From Dehalococcoidia bacterium (GTDB lineage Bacteria; Chloroflexota; Dehalococcoidia; Lucifugimonadales; JAGWBF01), in NCBI GenBank assembly GCA_965197415.1, contig OZ240207.1:853853-917852 (forward strand): DNA of 64,000 nt. The letters are read 5' to 3'. Positions 52,739-63,336 of this stretch are shown piece after piece (position 1 is the stretch's first letter; each line of letters opens with the position of its first letter). The notes below the pieces were generated by a model. The model did no database searches. It was not told the origin of the DNA and worked only from the letters and a program-made list of their open reading frames with translations. The translations under genes and the position numbers were made by a program.

Positions 52739-53839
52739 ATGATGCACCGGCGGGAGGCTAACGCCTCACCGAGCTTTCCTACTTCGCGCCTGTTCAGGTC
52801 CGGACCGTTACGGTTGTTCGGGGTTCTCCTTTGCGCCTTGGCCTTGATAGCCATGCTAGCCGGGGCTTGCCTGGGCGGAGGCCGAGGCGACCAGATCACC
52901 TTCGTGTCGGAGAGGGACGGCAACCCAGAGATATACGTCATGGACTCGAAAGACTCCGACCGCGACGGCAACGGAGACGAAATTATACGCCTCACTGCCA
53001 ACAGCGTCTTTGACGGGGAGCCGAGATGGGACCCCGACCGCAAGTGGATAGCCTACGTTTCCGACGAATCGGGAGACCGAGAGATACACAAGATAGACCC
53101 CGATGAGGAGGACCCTGCCAACTCTAAAGTTACGAACATACAGGGCCCCGACGGCAATTTCCTGTGGGCGCCCGACGGCGAGCGCATTGCGTTCGTTTCC
53201 CAGAGAGAAGGAGTCAACGAAATTCTCCTCATCGACGCCGAAGGGGACAAAGGGACGTTGAACACCGTGTATTCGACACGAGAGACCATCCCCAGCCTGA
53301 CCGGCTGGTCGCCCGACGGCGGCTTTGTGGTGTTCAATCTTGGCGAGGCCTCCGAATCTGGGCCGGGCATTTTCGCACGCAACCCGGACGGAGTCGACAT
53401 CAAACGTCTGACGGAAGCCGACGACCGCAACGCCCAATGGTCCCACGAGGAAGACCTCATCCTCTTTATTTCCATGCGGGACGGCAACGAAGAGATTTAC
53501 ACGATGTCCGACACTGGCGAGAACGAACGCCCTTTAACCAGCTTCGACGCCCGTGACTATCAACCGTCCTGGTCGCCGGATGGAGACCGTATAGTCTTTG
53601 TTTCCGAGAGAGACGGGGACGCTGAAATTTTCGTAATGGACTCCGATGGCAGCGATCAGCGTCAGCTTACCTATAACGAGGCTACGGACAATCAGCCTGT
53701 CTGGTCACCTGACGGAAAGCGCATCGCCTTCGTCTCAGACGCCCCAGGCAACTCCGAAATTATCGTGATGAACGCCGATGGGACCGAACAGACGCGTCTG
53801 ACGAATAATTCAGACGCCGACTACGCACCCAACTGGTAG
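52739..53839 (+). CDS. PD40/TolB-like WD40 beta-propeller lipoprotein
   Basis: Signal + lipobox (MLAGAC). Repeated PD40 motifs (ERDGNPEIYVMD, ESGDREIHKID, REGVNEILLID, RDGNEEIYTMS, RDGDAEIFVMDSDGS, PGNSEIIVMNADGT). Confidence 0.75.
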   Translation: MMHRREANASPSFPTSRLFRSGPLRLFGVLLCALALIAMLAGACLGGGRGDQITFVSERDGNPEIYVMDSKDSDRDGNGDEIIRLTANSVFDGEPRWDPDRKWIAYVSDESGDREIHKIDPDEEDPANSKVTNIQGPDGNFLWAPDGERIAFVSQREGVNEILLIDAEGDKGTLNTVYSTRETIPSLTGWSPDGGFVVFNLGEASESGPGIFARNPDGVDIKRLTEADDRNAQWSHEEDLILFISMRDGNEEIYTMSDTGENERPLTSFDARDYQPSWSPDGDRIVFVSERDGDAEIFVMDSDGSDQRQLTYNEATDNQPVWSPDGKRIAFVSDAPGNSEIIVMNADGTEQTRLTNNSDADYAPNW

Positions 53840-53857
53840 CATGGGCCGGTCGATAGT

Positions 53858-54166
53858 GTGAGAGGCGTTCTCCTGGCAGCGGCATTAGCCGCCTTTACCA
53901 TCCCAGCCCTGTCCGGCGCAGCTTGTGGCGGAGACGATATCAAGAAGGTTAGAGGCGCTGTGGTCGGAGTGCAGCCAGCCTCTCTGACCGAGGTGCAGTC
54001 GCTGGTGGTCAGGGACGACGGCGGCGTCCTATGGGCATTCAGAACCAAAGGCCCCATCGGGTTCACGCCCTCCCACCTGAAGGAGCACCAGGTTTTCGGC
54101 CAGCCAGTGACGGTGCTCTACCGGGAGACTGACGAGGGGCTGCTGGCCATAGAAGTCACCGACTGA
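53858..54166 (+). CDS. hypothetical small lipoprotein
   Basis: GTG start, signal with lipobox (LSGAAC), 102 aa. No family recognised. Confidence 0.45.
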   Translation: MRGVLLAAALAAFTIPALSGAACGGDDIKKVRGAVVGVQPASLTEVQSLVVRDDGGVLWAFRTKGPIGFTPSHLKEHQVFGQPVTVLYRETDEGLLAIEVTD

Positions 54167-54168
54167 GT

Positions 54169-55068
54169 TCAATTCAGCAGCTGTACCAAGGCCTCCTCCA
54201 TCTCCTGGGCGGTCGTGAAAGCTTCGAATTTCGCCGCAACGGCGCCGTCAGAGTCCACCACGAAGGTCCACGGCTCCGTCAAAAGCCCCCACTCCTCTGT
54301 GGACGGCACAGGGACTGCCCGTTCAAGGTCACCCTGGATCAAGTGGGGGTTGTCGAACACCTCCACGTGGATGAAAGCGACCTGTGACTGGAACCGCTCC
54401 TTCAACGTCCCTATCTCGCCCAACTGCGGGCCGCAGGTCGCTGTCTTGCAGTATGCCGGGGTCGCAAAGACCACCACCAACGGCTTGCCAAGCACCAACG
54501 CATCCGCAATGGTCAACCGGTAGAGGTCGGGGTCTGGTGGGTTCGCCGTTGTAAGCTGCTCCAGACTCTCCACGTCGTCTATAGTCTTGTTCCGACTGGC
54601 TGGAGCGGGCGAGCCTATGGCTGGGGTGGCGCTTTCCGCCTTGACTTCCAGGATGCCATCGCCGTGCCCATCAACGCCCCCCCAACCCATTATCGATACG
54701 TTCAACCTCCAAGGGCCGGCTGTAGAGAAATCCAATTGCGCGGTGTATATGCCGAGGTCACCCAAGGGCCATTTCCTAAAGGTCGCGCGGGTCTCCTGAC
54801 TCGGCACTTCATCGGCACCTGGCGCCGTTGCGCTCACCCTTACATTCGGCGTTGAAACCACACCGCCGGACTCATTTAGGAGCGCGAAGGCCACTCTGTT
54901 GCGGCCCACGCTCAAGTCGGTGGAGATGATTTGAACAGTTACGCCCTTTGCTGGTGCAGCGGTGTCAATAGCTGCAGGCAAAGTAGGTTCGTCAGATGCG
55001 CAGGCGGCATAGGACAGCACGGCCAACGTTAGGAGAATCGGCGCTAACAACCGCCTTATGGTCTTCAT
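54169..55068 (-). CDS. thioredoxin-fold (TlpA/redoxin-like) lipoprotein with N-terminal beta-sandwich domain
   Basis: Lipobox (LSYAAC). C-terminal PLVVVFATPAYCKTATCGPQ...FIHVEVF resembles the redoxin fold, but the Cys spacing is C-x4-C rather than CxxC. Confidence 0.55.
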   Translation of the reverse strand: MKTIRRLLAPILLTLAVLSYAACASDEPTLPAAIDTAAPAKGVTVQIISTDLSVGRNRVAFALLNESGGVVSTPNVRVSATAPGADEVPSQETRATFRKWPLGDLGIYTAQLDFSTAGPWRLNVSIMGWGGVDGHGDGILEVKAESATPAIGSPAPASRNKTIDDVESLEQLTTANPPDPDLYRLTIADALVLGKPLVVVFATPAYCKTATCGPQLGEIGTLKERFQSQVAFIHVEVFDNPHLIQGDLERAVPVPSTEEWGLLTEPWTFVVDSDGAVAAKFEAFTTAQEMEEALVQLLN

Positions 55069-55149
55069 CCAACTGTTCTCAGCCCACGCCTTATCAAGGA
55101 GTGTATCGTCTTCAGGCGTCCACCTGTGGTGGACGGGCCGAAAACGGGT

Positions 55150-55944
55150 TCAATAGAAGACTCCCTGGGCTGAGCCTCCATCTATGGCGATGGTCTGGCC
55201 TGTGATGGCCGCGGCGTGGTCCGACACAAAGAAGAGGACGAGGTCGGCCACCTCCTCGGGCAGAATCATCCGTCCGATGGGAGTCGCCAAGGCTTCTCTC
55301 CGCTCCTCTTCCTCCACGTCGATGCCAGCGTCTTTGGCGCGCCGCGCCATGAGCTCTGCAAGACGGGGAGTCTTGGTGGCGCCGGGGTGGATGCAGTTGA
55401 CCAGAATGCCCTGGGGAGCGAACTGGTCCGAGAGGTTCTTGGCCAGATTGGATACCGCTGAGTTGGTCACGCCGTTGCTGTTTGTGAGGCGCCCCGGTCT
55501 CCGAGCGGCCATGCCGCCAATCATGATTATCCGGCCTCCACCCCGTTCCGTCATGTGAGGCAAGACCTCCCTGGAGCAACGGATGTACCCCATCACCTTG
55601 ACGTTGATGTGGTTCATCCACTGTTCGTCCGTAAGCTCCATGAAAGGAGCGACTGACGAGTTCACGGCGTTGTTTACCAGGATGTCCACCCCGCCTAGCT
55701 CATTAACCGTGGCGTCCACCATTCGCGTTATGGCCGCCGGGTCGTTCATGTCCGCCTGCACCGGCAGGATGCGACGGCCCGTCTCAGCTTGTATCTCGCT
55801 GGCCGCAGCGTCCAGTTCCTCCAGACCCCGGGCGCATATAGACACATCGGCGCCCTCACGAGCCAGGGCCAACGCCACCGCCCGGCCGATGCCCTTGCTG
55901 CCGCCGGTGACTATGGCCGTCTTACCTTTAAGTCCCAGGTCCAT
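55150..55944 (-). CDS. SDR-family Rossmann protein, atypical (no catalytic Tyr visible)
   Basis: TGGSKGIGRA dinucleotide motif, NNAV, and PGATKTP are present. No Tyr occurs between residue 122 or so and the C-terminal residue, so the canonical S...YxxxK triad is absent. Confidence 0.8.
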   Translation of the reverse strand: MDLGLKGKTAIVTGGSKGIGRAVALALAREGADVSICARGLEELDAAASEIQAETGRRILPVQADMNDPAAITRMVDATVNELGGVDILVNNAVNSSVAPFMELTDEQWMNHINVKVMGYIRCSREVLPHMTERGGGRIIMIGGMAARRPGRLTNSNGVTNSAVSNLAKNLSDQFAPQGILVNCIHPGATKTPRLAELMARRAKDAGIDVEEEERREALATPIGRMILPEEVADLVLFFVSDHAAAITGQTIAIDGGSAQGVFY

Positions 55945-55987
55945 CCCGTTTCTCCCAGTCTTTGGGGGTACACCGCCAGCTTGCGCC

Positions 55988-57406
55988 TTAGCTCTTTCGG
56001 ATGCACAACCCCACCATAGTTTCTATGCTGTCCAACTCATCGAGACGGCTGACCGTCGCCGCCAATTCCTTTAATTGGGAAGCGGGAATCACCAGACTGT
56101 CGAACATCTCTGGCAAACGGCGGCTAACCGTTTCAAGACCCCACTTGGTCTCGTCGCCGTTCATCTCGTCCACGTAGGTTTTGCCGTCTTTTGTGGCAAC
56201 CGTCATGCGCGGGGAGTAAGACCCACGGTCCTTCACCCCGATGACGTTCACACGCTCCATCAGCTCCAGGACGCTGCTGTCCTCCGCTGAGCCAGCCTGA
56301 GGCCCGGGCGCCACTCCTGACCTGATCGCGGGATAGTGGCCGTGCACGCATGTGTAAGCGGCGAAGTAGTGGGTGCCGCCCACCCTCCGTTCGCTCCGCT
56401 GGGGGTTAGGGAACGCGGGAGACGGGTAGAGGGTCTCCAGCCAGTTCATCTCGATATCGATGTGGCCCACGTTGTCCCATTGGATGCCATGCGTGGCCTT
56501 GAGCCGGGCCATAAGCTCTATGACCGGCTGGTTGTATCCCGCCGTGGGGTAAATCTTGGGGGTCACGTCCATCAGGAAGTAACGCTCTCCAAGACTGCTG
56601 GCCACGCTGTCCACATCCGTTGAAAGAGGCCCTTCAAAGGCATACGATAACTCTCCCCGGTTGTTCCCGGTGAAGGCGTTGTAGAATCCTGCGTCCCCCT
56701 CCAGGGCCAGGTCAGCGCCCCTGACCCCGTCCTGAGCCAGCAAGGCAGCCGTGATTCCGTTGACGGCGGCGTTGGACTCATGGATGGTGGCTTCCTGGCC
56801 GTCGGTCCGCCCGCCTTCCCCTGTTCCGCCAGAAAAGGTCGCGGCCAGAGAAATGGCGTTGGCCATCTGGCCTGGGTCCAGCCCCAACACCTTGCCTGTA
56901 GCCAAGGCGGCTCCGAACACACCGTAGACCGGGCTGGACCTGAACCCGCGTGCCTGCGTGGTCGGTATGAAGTCGCTGGCTATGCGGGTTTCCAGCTCAT
57001 ACCCGGCAGCCACAGCCGTTATCAGGTCTTTCCCAGAGCCTCCATCAATTTCGCAGGACGCCACGGCGGGCGGTATCACGCAAGGCCCGGGGTGAGTGAG
57101 CATCCGGTAGGAGTCGGACTGGCTTGTGGCATGCATCATCTTGGCGTTGGCGAAAGCGGCGCCCCGGCGGCTGACCCTGGCGCCGTCCACCCATAAGGCG
57201 GCGCCGTCCGGACGGGGTTCTTCCCGTTTGGTCATCTCCATGACCGAGGCGACTCTCGGCAAAGGCGCCCCTGCTATGGACACCACCAAGCCATGAAGAA
57301 TCAACCCCTTCACCTTGTCAACGACGTGGGGAGGCAGATTGTCATATTCCAGGGTTGACGCAAAGCCGCCGAGCCTGCGGCTGAGGGATTCGCTCATGCC
57401 ATTCAC
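55988..57406 (-). CDS. MmgE/PrpD family protein (2-methylcitrate dehydratase-like)
   Basis: 472 aa. The N-terminal LGGFASTLEYDNLPPHVVDKVKGLILHGL pattern and overall length are typical of MmgE/PrpD. Confidence 0.85.
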   Translation of the reverse strand: MNGMSESLSRRLGGFASTLEYDNLPPHVVDKVKGLILHGLVVSIAGAPLPRVASVMEMTKREEPRPDGAALWVDGARVSRRGAAFANAKMMHATSQSDSYRMLTHPGPCVIPPAVASCEIDGGSGKDLITAVAAGYELETRIASDFIPTTQARGFRSSPVYGVFGAALATGKVLGLDPGQMANAISLAATFSGGTGEGGRTDGQEATIHESNAAVNGITAALLAQDGVRGADLALEGDAGFYNAFTGNNRGELSYAFEGPLSTDVDSVASSLGERYFLMDVTPKIYPTAGYNQPVIELMARLKATHGIQWDNVGHIDIEMNWLETLYPSPAFPNPQRSERRVGGTHYFAAYTCVHGHYPAIRSGVAPGPQAGSAEDSSVLELMERVNVIGVKDRGSYSPRMTVATKDGKTYVDEMNGDETKWGLETVSRRLPEMFDSLVIPASQLKELAATVSRLDELDSIETMVGLCIRKS

Positions 57407-57472
57407 CCGCCAATCGTCAGAATTCCAAGGAGCGTGGGACGGAGGAATTCTACTTTGGGCGTTGCGTAGGGG

Positions 57473-57808
57473 TCAATCGGAGGGCAGGTTGTCCCGGAGC
57501 ATCTGCGACAAGTCGCCGGGAATGGTGTTCATGTCCACGCGGCCCCTGACCGAGATGGTCACCGTCCCGGAAACCGAGCCGTATAGCAGTTTTGCCCCGT
57601 CCCATCGTCTGATGACGTCGGCCCGTGGTCCGTATGTGCATCCGAAAATGCACTGGCATTCCGTAACCCTGACTCGCTCCTCCAGCCCCTCTTCACGGAC
57701 CGACCTATCGAGACCGTCAAGCAGTTCATAGCCGTTTACGCCGGGGAAGGCTGGATGTCCGCACACTCTGGGGTCTACGCAGACTATTATGTTAAGTTCG
57801 TGGTCCAA
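57473..57808 (-). CDS. possible thioredoxin-like [2Fe-2S] ferredoxin domain protein
   Basis: 111 aa. Cys pattern IIVCVDPRVCG ... ECQCIFGCTYGP resembles TRX-like 2Fe-2S ferredoxins. Weak call. Confidence 0.35.
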   Translation of the reverse strand: MDHELNIIVCVDPRVCGHPAFPGVNGYELLDGLDRSVREEGLEERVRVTECQCIFGCTYGPRADVIRRWDGAKLLYGSVSGTVTISVRGRVDMNTIPGDLSQMLRDNLPSD

Positions 57809-57840
57809 GGTCTGTGTTCACTTTTCTGTCAGACAGGTGA

Positions 57841-58536
57841 TCAGGGAGAATAGCATTTCGCCAAGAACTCTTCGATGGCGGCATTCACGGCTCCGGGTTG
57901 CTCAAGTTGAACAAAGTGACTGCCGCCATCGATTATACGAATCTCCGAACCCTCTATCTTGTCATGCAGGTATTCCGAATATTTTACAGGCGTCATCACG
58001 TCTTCGGAGCCGCACAAGACCAGCGTGGGCATCCTGATGCCGTCGACTTGGTCCATAACATCGAAAGCATCGCAGCAACGGAGGTCGTTCAGCTTGACCG
58101 CCGGGCCTATCTGAGCCGCCCGGTCCAGCAGTTCTTTCGCCAGCCCGGACTCGACCGACCGGTAGTCGCTCCTCCTGCCGCCAAGCCAAGAATCCGGGTC
58201 CTGGATCCCGTCTTCACATTCATCAAGATACTTGGGATGGACTCGGAGCCGGGCTCCCGTGCCCAGCAGAATCAGCCCTGCCAGTTCATCAGGATAAGTC
58301 AATGCGAACAGCTGGGCAATCGCACCGCCCATAGAGTGACCGCAGACCACGGGACGGCTGATCCCCCGTTCGGAAAGGAAGCCTCGGAGCCATTCCACGT
58401 ACCCGGCTATGCTGGCCTCGGGGTCACCCACAGGGTGCCCAGGCAGATCGACGGCCAACGCATCAGGAAAGTGGGCAGCCTGGGGCGCAAAAGAGAGCCC
58501 GCACTCCCCCGCCCCATGCACGAAGACCAGAGTCAC
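57841..58536 (-). CDS. alpha/beta hydrolase
   Basis: LVFVHGAG, canonical GHSMGG nucleophile elbow, C-terminal GSHF (His). Confidence 0.8.
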   Translation of the reverse strand: MTLVFVHGAGECGLSFAPQAAHFPDALAVDLPGHPVGDPEASIAGYVEWLRGFLSERGISRPVVCGHSMGGAIAQLFALTYPDELAGLILLGTGARLRVHPKYLDECEDGIQDPDSWLGGRRSDYRSVESGLAKELLDRAAQIGPAVKLNDLRCCDAFDVMDQVDGIRMPTLVLCGSEDVMTPVKYSEYLHDKIEGSEIRIIDGGSHFVQLEQPGAVNAAIEEFLAKCYSP

Positions 58537-58558
58537 TCCACGAACTCTCTATTAGATG

Positions 58559-59728
58559 TCACTGGGTTTGGGGCCAGACAACAGTATAACCAGACGGCGA
58601 ATCGTTTCTGTTGAGAAAGTTACTAAAAAGAGGAGACCTAGGAGAGAGCGCTATAGACAGTTTGTCCGAGTCGGAGCCATAAATACGCAAACTTTCGAGG
58701 TTGTGGAGGTTAGCGAAAATGTCAACCGGCACTCTGATGACGGTGGGATAGTCCAAATGTATCTGCACATCCTTCAGAGCGGGATTGTTTTGGAAGAGGT
58801 TCGAAGGCAAGCTGTAACTGCTGTCGCTGTCACGATGCCCTTGGATTTCGAGTGTCTCCAGGTTGGGCAAATTGGCAAATTGGTCGGCCTTAAGCCCCAG
58901 GGTAGTCCCGCTCACAGTGCGTATTCTCAATGTCTTGAGACCAGGCATTTCGTCAAACACAGGAAGGGAAACGCGACGCGGCATGTCGGAGTAGTTACGA
59001 ATCGAAACTTCAAGGTTCTCCAAGACGGGCAGTCCATTGAACGCCCCTGCTTCCGCTCCCCTTACGGAGACTCGTAACTCCTTCAAGCCGTTCAAACCTT
59101 GAAACGCCTCTTCAACTAGTGTGAAATCCCCATTAACCTCAATCCGGCGTCTCAAGTTGACCAATCCATCAAAGTCCCCAGGTTGTGGAGGCGTAACCCA
59201 ACCTATGTCGTTGGTACTGCTTCCACTTAGACTTCGCCAATCGGTTATCCGATACAACTCCTCATCCGTCACGAACCGGCATGACGACAACCGCAGGGTC
59301 ATTAGGATGGCTTCCTGAACTTCAGGAGTCCGGCTGCATATCCCATTGCTGCTTGGGGGAGTCGCTGAAGCATTGCTCGGCGGCGGCGTAGGAGTTGCGC
59401 TTAGCTGCCGAGCCAGCGTCTGATTAGAGGCAGCTAACGCATCTACTTGCTCGGCCAATGCGTTAACGCTGTCCGCTAAGGACTGGATCTCCCCACCATC
59501 ATCCGCTTGCTCTGTGGCGGTCGACACATTGGAGGCGGCGAGGGCCTCCACCTGCGCGGCCAATGCGTCGATGGCTTCGGACAAGGCTTGAATCTCTGTA
59601 CTGGTTAAGGCTTGACGCGGCTCCGGCGTTACTTGGCTCCTCGGCTGTGTGCTGTCAGAGCAACCCGCAGTTATCACGACGAGCGCCGTAATTGACAGCC
59701 CTGCCACAACTGCTCTCAACTTACCCAT
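58559..59728 (-). CDS. leucine-rich-repeat lipoprotein with N-terminal duplicated coiled-coil segment
   Basis: Start at MGKLRAVV (59728), lipobox ITAGC. Duplicated EIQ.L...(I/V).ALA.QV(E/D)ALAASN segment. C-terminal LRRs (LPVLENLEV, MPGLKTLRI, LPNLETLEI, LHNLESLRI). Confidence 0.65.
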   Translation of the reverse strand: MGKLRAVVAGLSITALVVITAGCSDSTQPRSQVTPEPRQALTSTEIQALSEAIDALAAQVEALAASNVSTATEQADDGGEIQSLADSVNALAEQVDALAASNQTLARQLSATPTPPPSNASATPPSSNGICSRTPEVQEAILMTLRLSSCRFVTDEELYRITDWRSLSGSSTNDIGWVTPPQPGDFDGLVNLRRRIEVNGDFTLVEEAFQGLNGLKELRVSVRGAEAGAFNGLPVLENLEVSIRNYSDMPRRVSLPVFDEMPGLKTLRIRTVSGTTLGLKADQFANLPNLETLEIQGHRDSDSSYSLPSNLFQNNPALKDVQIHLDYPTVIRVPVDIFANLHNLESLRIYGSDSDKLSIALSPRSPLFSNFLNRNDSPSGYTVVWPQTQ

Positions 59729-59780
59729 CGTTACTTCACTACCAACAACCACAGCGCATAGGCTATAGACCGTCGCACCC

Positions 59781-62300
59781 CTACTTTTCGGTTGTTGGAG
59801 CAGAGCCGTTGGAGGGCACGGCTCCGTTGGACTTGCCGTTGGAGCCGGGAGCGTTGTCCGTTTCCTCTCTCTCGGTCATGCAGGCCAGAGAAACAACCTC
59901 GTCGCCTGCGTCGGGCTTCCAGACTATGACGCCCTGGGTTATCCGTCCCTGGGACGAAATCTCACTGAGGCTGGTCCTGAAGACCTGGCACTTCGCCGAC
60001 ACCAGCAGCAACTCCTCGTCACGCTCCTTGTTCACCACCCTGGCGGCTGAGACCAGTCCCACCTTAGGCCCTGTCTTGTACGCCCTCAATCCAAGACCTC
60101 CACGGTGCTGGCCGCGGAAGCGGTCCACGGGCACCAGCTTGCCGTAGCCGCTCCGGGTCACTACAAGCAGGTTGTCCTCCGGCTTCACCAGTTCCATCCC
60201 GACCATCTTATCTCCGGGGGCTAGACGGATTCCCCTGACTCCGCCTGCAGCCCTCGAACGGCGGGGAGCCTCCGAAAGCGGGAAGCGTACTCCCTGGCCC
60301 AACTCGGTGAGCATCATCACGTCTTCCCCGCCCGTTCCCATCCTCACCGAGACCAACTCATCTTCGGGCTCCAAGTCCATAGCGTTAAGGCCGCTGGAAC
60401 GCATGTTGGCCAGGTTCGAGAGGTTCATAGCTTTGACTTCACCCTTCTGGGTGCCTATGACGATGACCCCCTCTCCCTTGAGGTCTCCCGCGGCGACAAC
60501 GGCGCTGACCTTTTCGTTCTGGCCCAGCTTCATCATATTGATCACGGCGGTGCCCCTGGTGGTACGGGAGGTGTCGGCGGGTATTTCATAGGCCTTGAGG
60601 CTATAGACCCTGCCCTTATTCGTAAAGAACAACAGTGCGTCATGGGTGTCGGCGACCAGCAGGTCTTGGAGGCCGTCGTCGTCCCGCGTCGTCTGGCCCC
60701 TAACTCCCTTGCCGCCCCTGTGTTGCAGCTTGTAGGTGGCCAGGGGGATCCGTTTGATGTAGCCCCGCTGGCTCAGAGTCACCGCCACCTCCTGATGGAG
60801 GGTGAGCTCTTCAAGGGTGTGGTTGACGGCCTCCTCGTCGCTTATCTCCGTGCGGCGGGCGTCTCCGTACCTCTTCTTCAGCCTTGCCAGGTCTTCTTGG
60901 ATCACCGCAGACACTTTCGCCGGGTCGGCCAGCAGGGCTTCCAAGTCGGCGATGGTCTTCTTCAGGTCCTCGTATTCCTTCTCCAGCCGCTCTCGCTCCA
61001 ATGCGGCCAGCCGGCGCAGCTGCATGTCCAGTATTGCCGTAGCCTGTACTTCCGTGAGGTCGAACTGCTGCACGAGGTTGGCTCTGGCCGTTGCGGCGTC
61101 GGCGGACCCTCTGATGGTGGCAATGATTTCGTCGATGCTGGAAATGGCCTTCAGCAAGCCCTCGACTATGTGCGCCCTTTCCCGGGCCACCTTAAGCCGG
61201 TGCTCGGACCTGCGCCGGATTACTTCTCGTCGGTGGTCCACGTACAGCTGCAACGCCCGCTTCAGCCCCAACACCTGGGGCTGACCGTCCACAAGGGCAA
61301 GCATTATCACGTTGAACGAGGACCTGAGAGACGTGTGGCGGTAAAGCTGGTTCAGGACGATTTCGCCCTGGGCTTCCCGCCGCAACTCGATTACGACCCG
61401 CAGCCCATGCCGGTCCGACTCATCTCGGATGTCCGAAATTCCCTCGATTTTCTTGTCCCGCACCAGATGGGCTATCTTCTCAACCAGCGAGGCCTTGTTG
61501 ACCTGGAAGGGAAGCTCGGTGACGACTATCTGCTGCCGGTTGCCGCGAACCTCCTCTATTTCGGCCCTGGCCTGCATGACCACACGGCCAGTTCCCGTGG
61601 TGTAGGCGTCAATGATGCCTGAGCGGCCCCGTATGATGCCGGCGGTGGGGAAGTCCGGCCCAGGCACCCGCTTGATAAGCTCTTCGACGCTGGCGTCCGG
61701 GTTATCCACCAAGTAGGCGGCCGCGGTGCATATTTCGTTAAGGTTGTGTGGAGGGATGTTGGTAGCCATTCCCACTGCAATGCCCGACGCACCGTTCAGC
61801 AGCATGTTGGGAAGGACTCCAGGCATCACCGTCGGCTCATGCAGAGACCCGTCGAAGTTGGCGGAGAAGTCCACCGTGTCTTGGTCCAGGTCCACTAGAA
61901 TCTCTTCAGCAATAGAAGCCAGGCGGGCTTCGGTGTACCGCATGGCAGCAGGAGGGTCGTTGTCAACGCTGCCAAAGTTGCCCTGTCCATCCACCAGGGG
62001 GTAGCGCATGGAGAAACCCTGGGCCATTCGGACTAGGGCCTCGTAGACGGGGCTGTCGCCATGGGGGTGGTACTTCCCCATGACTTCTCCGACGATTCGG
62101 GCGCTCTTCTTATAGGAGGAGTTGGGGCGAAGGGCCAGCTCGTCCATGGAGTAGAGAATGCGCCGCTGCACCGGCTTGAGCCCGTCCCTTACGTCGGGCA
62201 AAGCTCGCGCCACGATTACGCTCATGGCGTAGCTCAGATACGACGTCCGCATTTCCTGTTCTATGGGAATGGGCTGAATGTTCTCTGACGTTGTTGTCAT
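59781..62300 (-). CDS. gyrA: DNA gyrase subunit A
   Basis: [27 protein letters not shown], the [12 protein letters not shown] region, and C-terminal beta-pinwheel repeats; 839 aa. Confidence 0.95.
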   Translation of the reverse strand: MTTTSENIQPIPIEQEMRTSYLSYAMSVIVARALPDVRDGLKPVQRRILYSMDELALRPNSSYKKSARIVGEVMGKYHPHGDSPVYEALVRMAQGFSMRYPLVDGQGNFGSVDNDPPAAMRYTEARLASIAEEILVDLDQDTVDFSANFDGSLHEPTVMPGVLPNMLLNGASGIAVGMATNIPPHNLNEICTAAAYLVDNPDASVEELIKRVPGPDFPTAGIIRGRSGIIDAYTTGTGRVVMQARAEIEEVRGNRQQIVVTELPFQVNKASLVEKIAHLVRDKKIEGISDIRDESDRHGLRVVIELRREAQGEIVLNQLYRHTSLRSSFNVIMLALVDGQPQVLGLKRALQLYVDHRREVIRRRSEHRLKVARERAHIVEGLLKAISSIDEIIATIRGSADAATARANLVQQFDLTEVQATAILDMQLRRLAALERERLEKEYEDLKKTIADLEALLADPAKVSAVIQEDLARLKKRYGDARRTEISDEEAVNHTLEELTLHQEVAVTLSQRGYIKRIPLATYKLQHRGGKGVRGQTTRDDDGLQDLLVADTHDALLFFTNKGRVYSLKAYEIPADTSRTTRGTAVINMMKLGQNEKVSAVVAAGDLKGEGVIVIGTQKGEVKAMNLSNLANMRSSGLNAMDLEPEDELVSVRMGTGGEDVMMLTELGQGVRFPLSEAPRRSRAAGGVRGIRLAPGDKMVGMELVKPEDNLLVVTRSGYGKLVPVDRFRGQHRGGLGLRAYKTGPKVGLVSAARVVNKERDEELLLVSAKCQVFRTSLSEISSQGRITQGVIVWKPDAGDEVVSLACMTEREETDNAPGSNGKSNGAVPSNGSAPTTEK

Positions 62301-62336
62301 GCATAAGTCCTCTCGTGAATATTGGGCAGCGCTGAC

Positions 62337-63038
62337 CTAGCCGGTCTGCGCAATGTAGTCTTCCACCCGGTCCTTGAAGGACTCGAACAGATTGTTGAAG
62401 GCTTTGGGCACCTCGTCGGTGCGTTCCGGTTGAAATTGGACGCCCACGACCCAACTATGCTCAGGACTCTCCAACCCCTCAATCAAGCCGTCGTCCAACG
62501 AATACGCCGACGCCAGAAGACTTGGAGCTTTTTGAGCTTCTTTAAGCCCCTGATGGTGAATGCTGTTCACCCTGAAGAAACCGCCCGTGCCCAGAATGGC
62601 CGCCAGCTTGCTTCCCGGCGACAGATAGACCGTGTGCTTGAGAGAGGGAACTTCGTCCTCATCACCGGGCGAACGGTGTCCGGGAGCATCCTGCAGCAGG
62701 ACGCCCCCAAAGGCCACGTTCAAAAGCTGCATCCCCCTGCATATTCCCAGCACCGGCATGTCCAATTCCAGCGCTGCGTTGAGAAGCTCTAATTCGAGGG
62801 TGTCCAACTCGGGACAGAGTGCGAGGCCCATGCCAGGCTCAGGCGCCATTCCGTAGGCCGAGGGATGAATGTCGATGCCGCCGCATAGGTACAGGCCTCC
62901 CGCGTTTTCCAACCAGTCGATGGAACAATCTCCGGAATTTTCGGGGGTAACTGCCCGCGCCTCTACACGATCCCCTAAAGCCTGTATATACTGAGATGCG
63001 TACTGCTCGGTTTGAGCCGTGACAACCACCAAAGCCAT
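62337..63038 (-). CDS. class I glutamine amidotransferase, peptidase C26 / gamma-glutamyl-GABA hydrolase-like
   Basis: Start at MALVVVTAQ (63038). Nucleophile LGICRGMQLLN, and VNSIHHQG (His). The longer ORF-track start (63242) adds an implausible N-terminus. Confidence 0.8.
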   Translation of the reverse strand: MALVVVTAQTEQYASQYIQALGDRVEARAVTPENSGDCSIDWLENAGGLYLCGGIDIHPSAYGMAPEPGMGLALCPELDTLELELLNAALELDMPVLGICRGMQLLNVAFGGVLLQDAPGHRSPGDEDEVPSLKHTVYLSPGSKLAAILGTGGFFRVNSIHHQGLKEAQKAPSLLASAYSLDDGLIEGLESPEHSWVVGVQFQPERTDEVPKAFNNLFESFKDRVEDYIAQTG

Positions 63039-63336
63039 ATCCGATATATTGTACCGTAAGCTAAGGCCGAAGGCCAGTTTTCTACAATAAGTTGTAGTCG
63101 AAAACTTCCCCGAATTGCCGGACGAAAACCCTCCGGAGCAGCCGAACTTTTGCACGTGGAGCTTCAGCCGAACTTTGCCATAATGCCGCCAAACTGGTAT
63201 TCTGAAAAACTGCGGAAATGGCTTTGACACAGGCCCAGCCACCAGTTAGCATTAAGCCGATTGCCAGCGAGATAAGTTAGACTTTCTAACAAGAAAAAAG
63301 GCCACGACTGCAGTTTCAGATTTCAGGGGGACCTAA

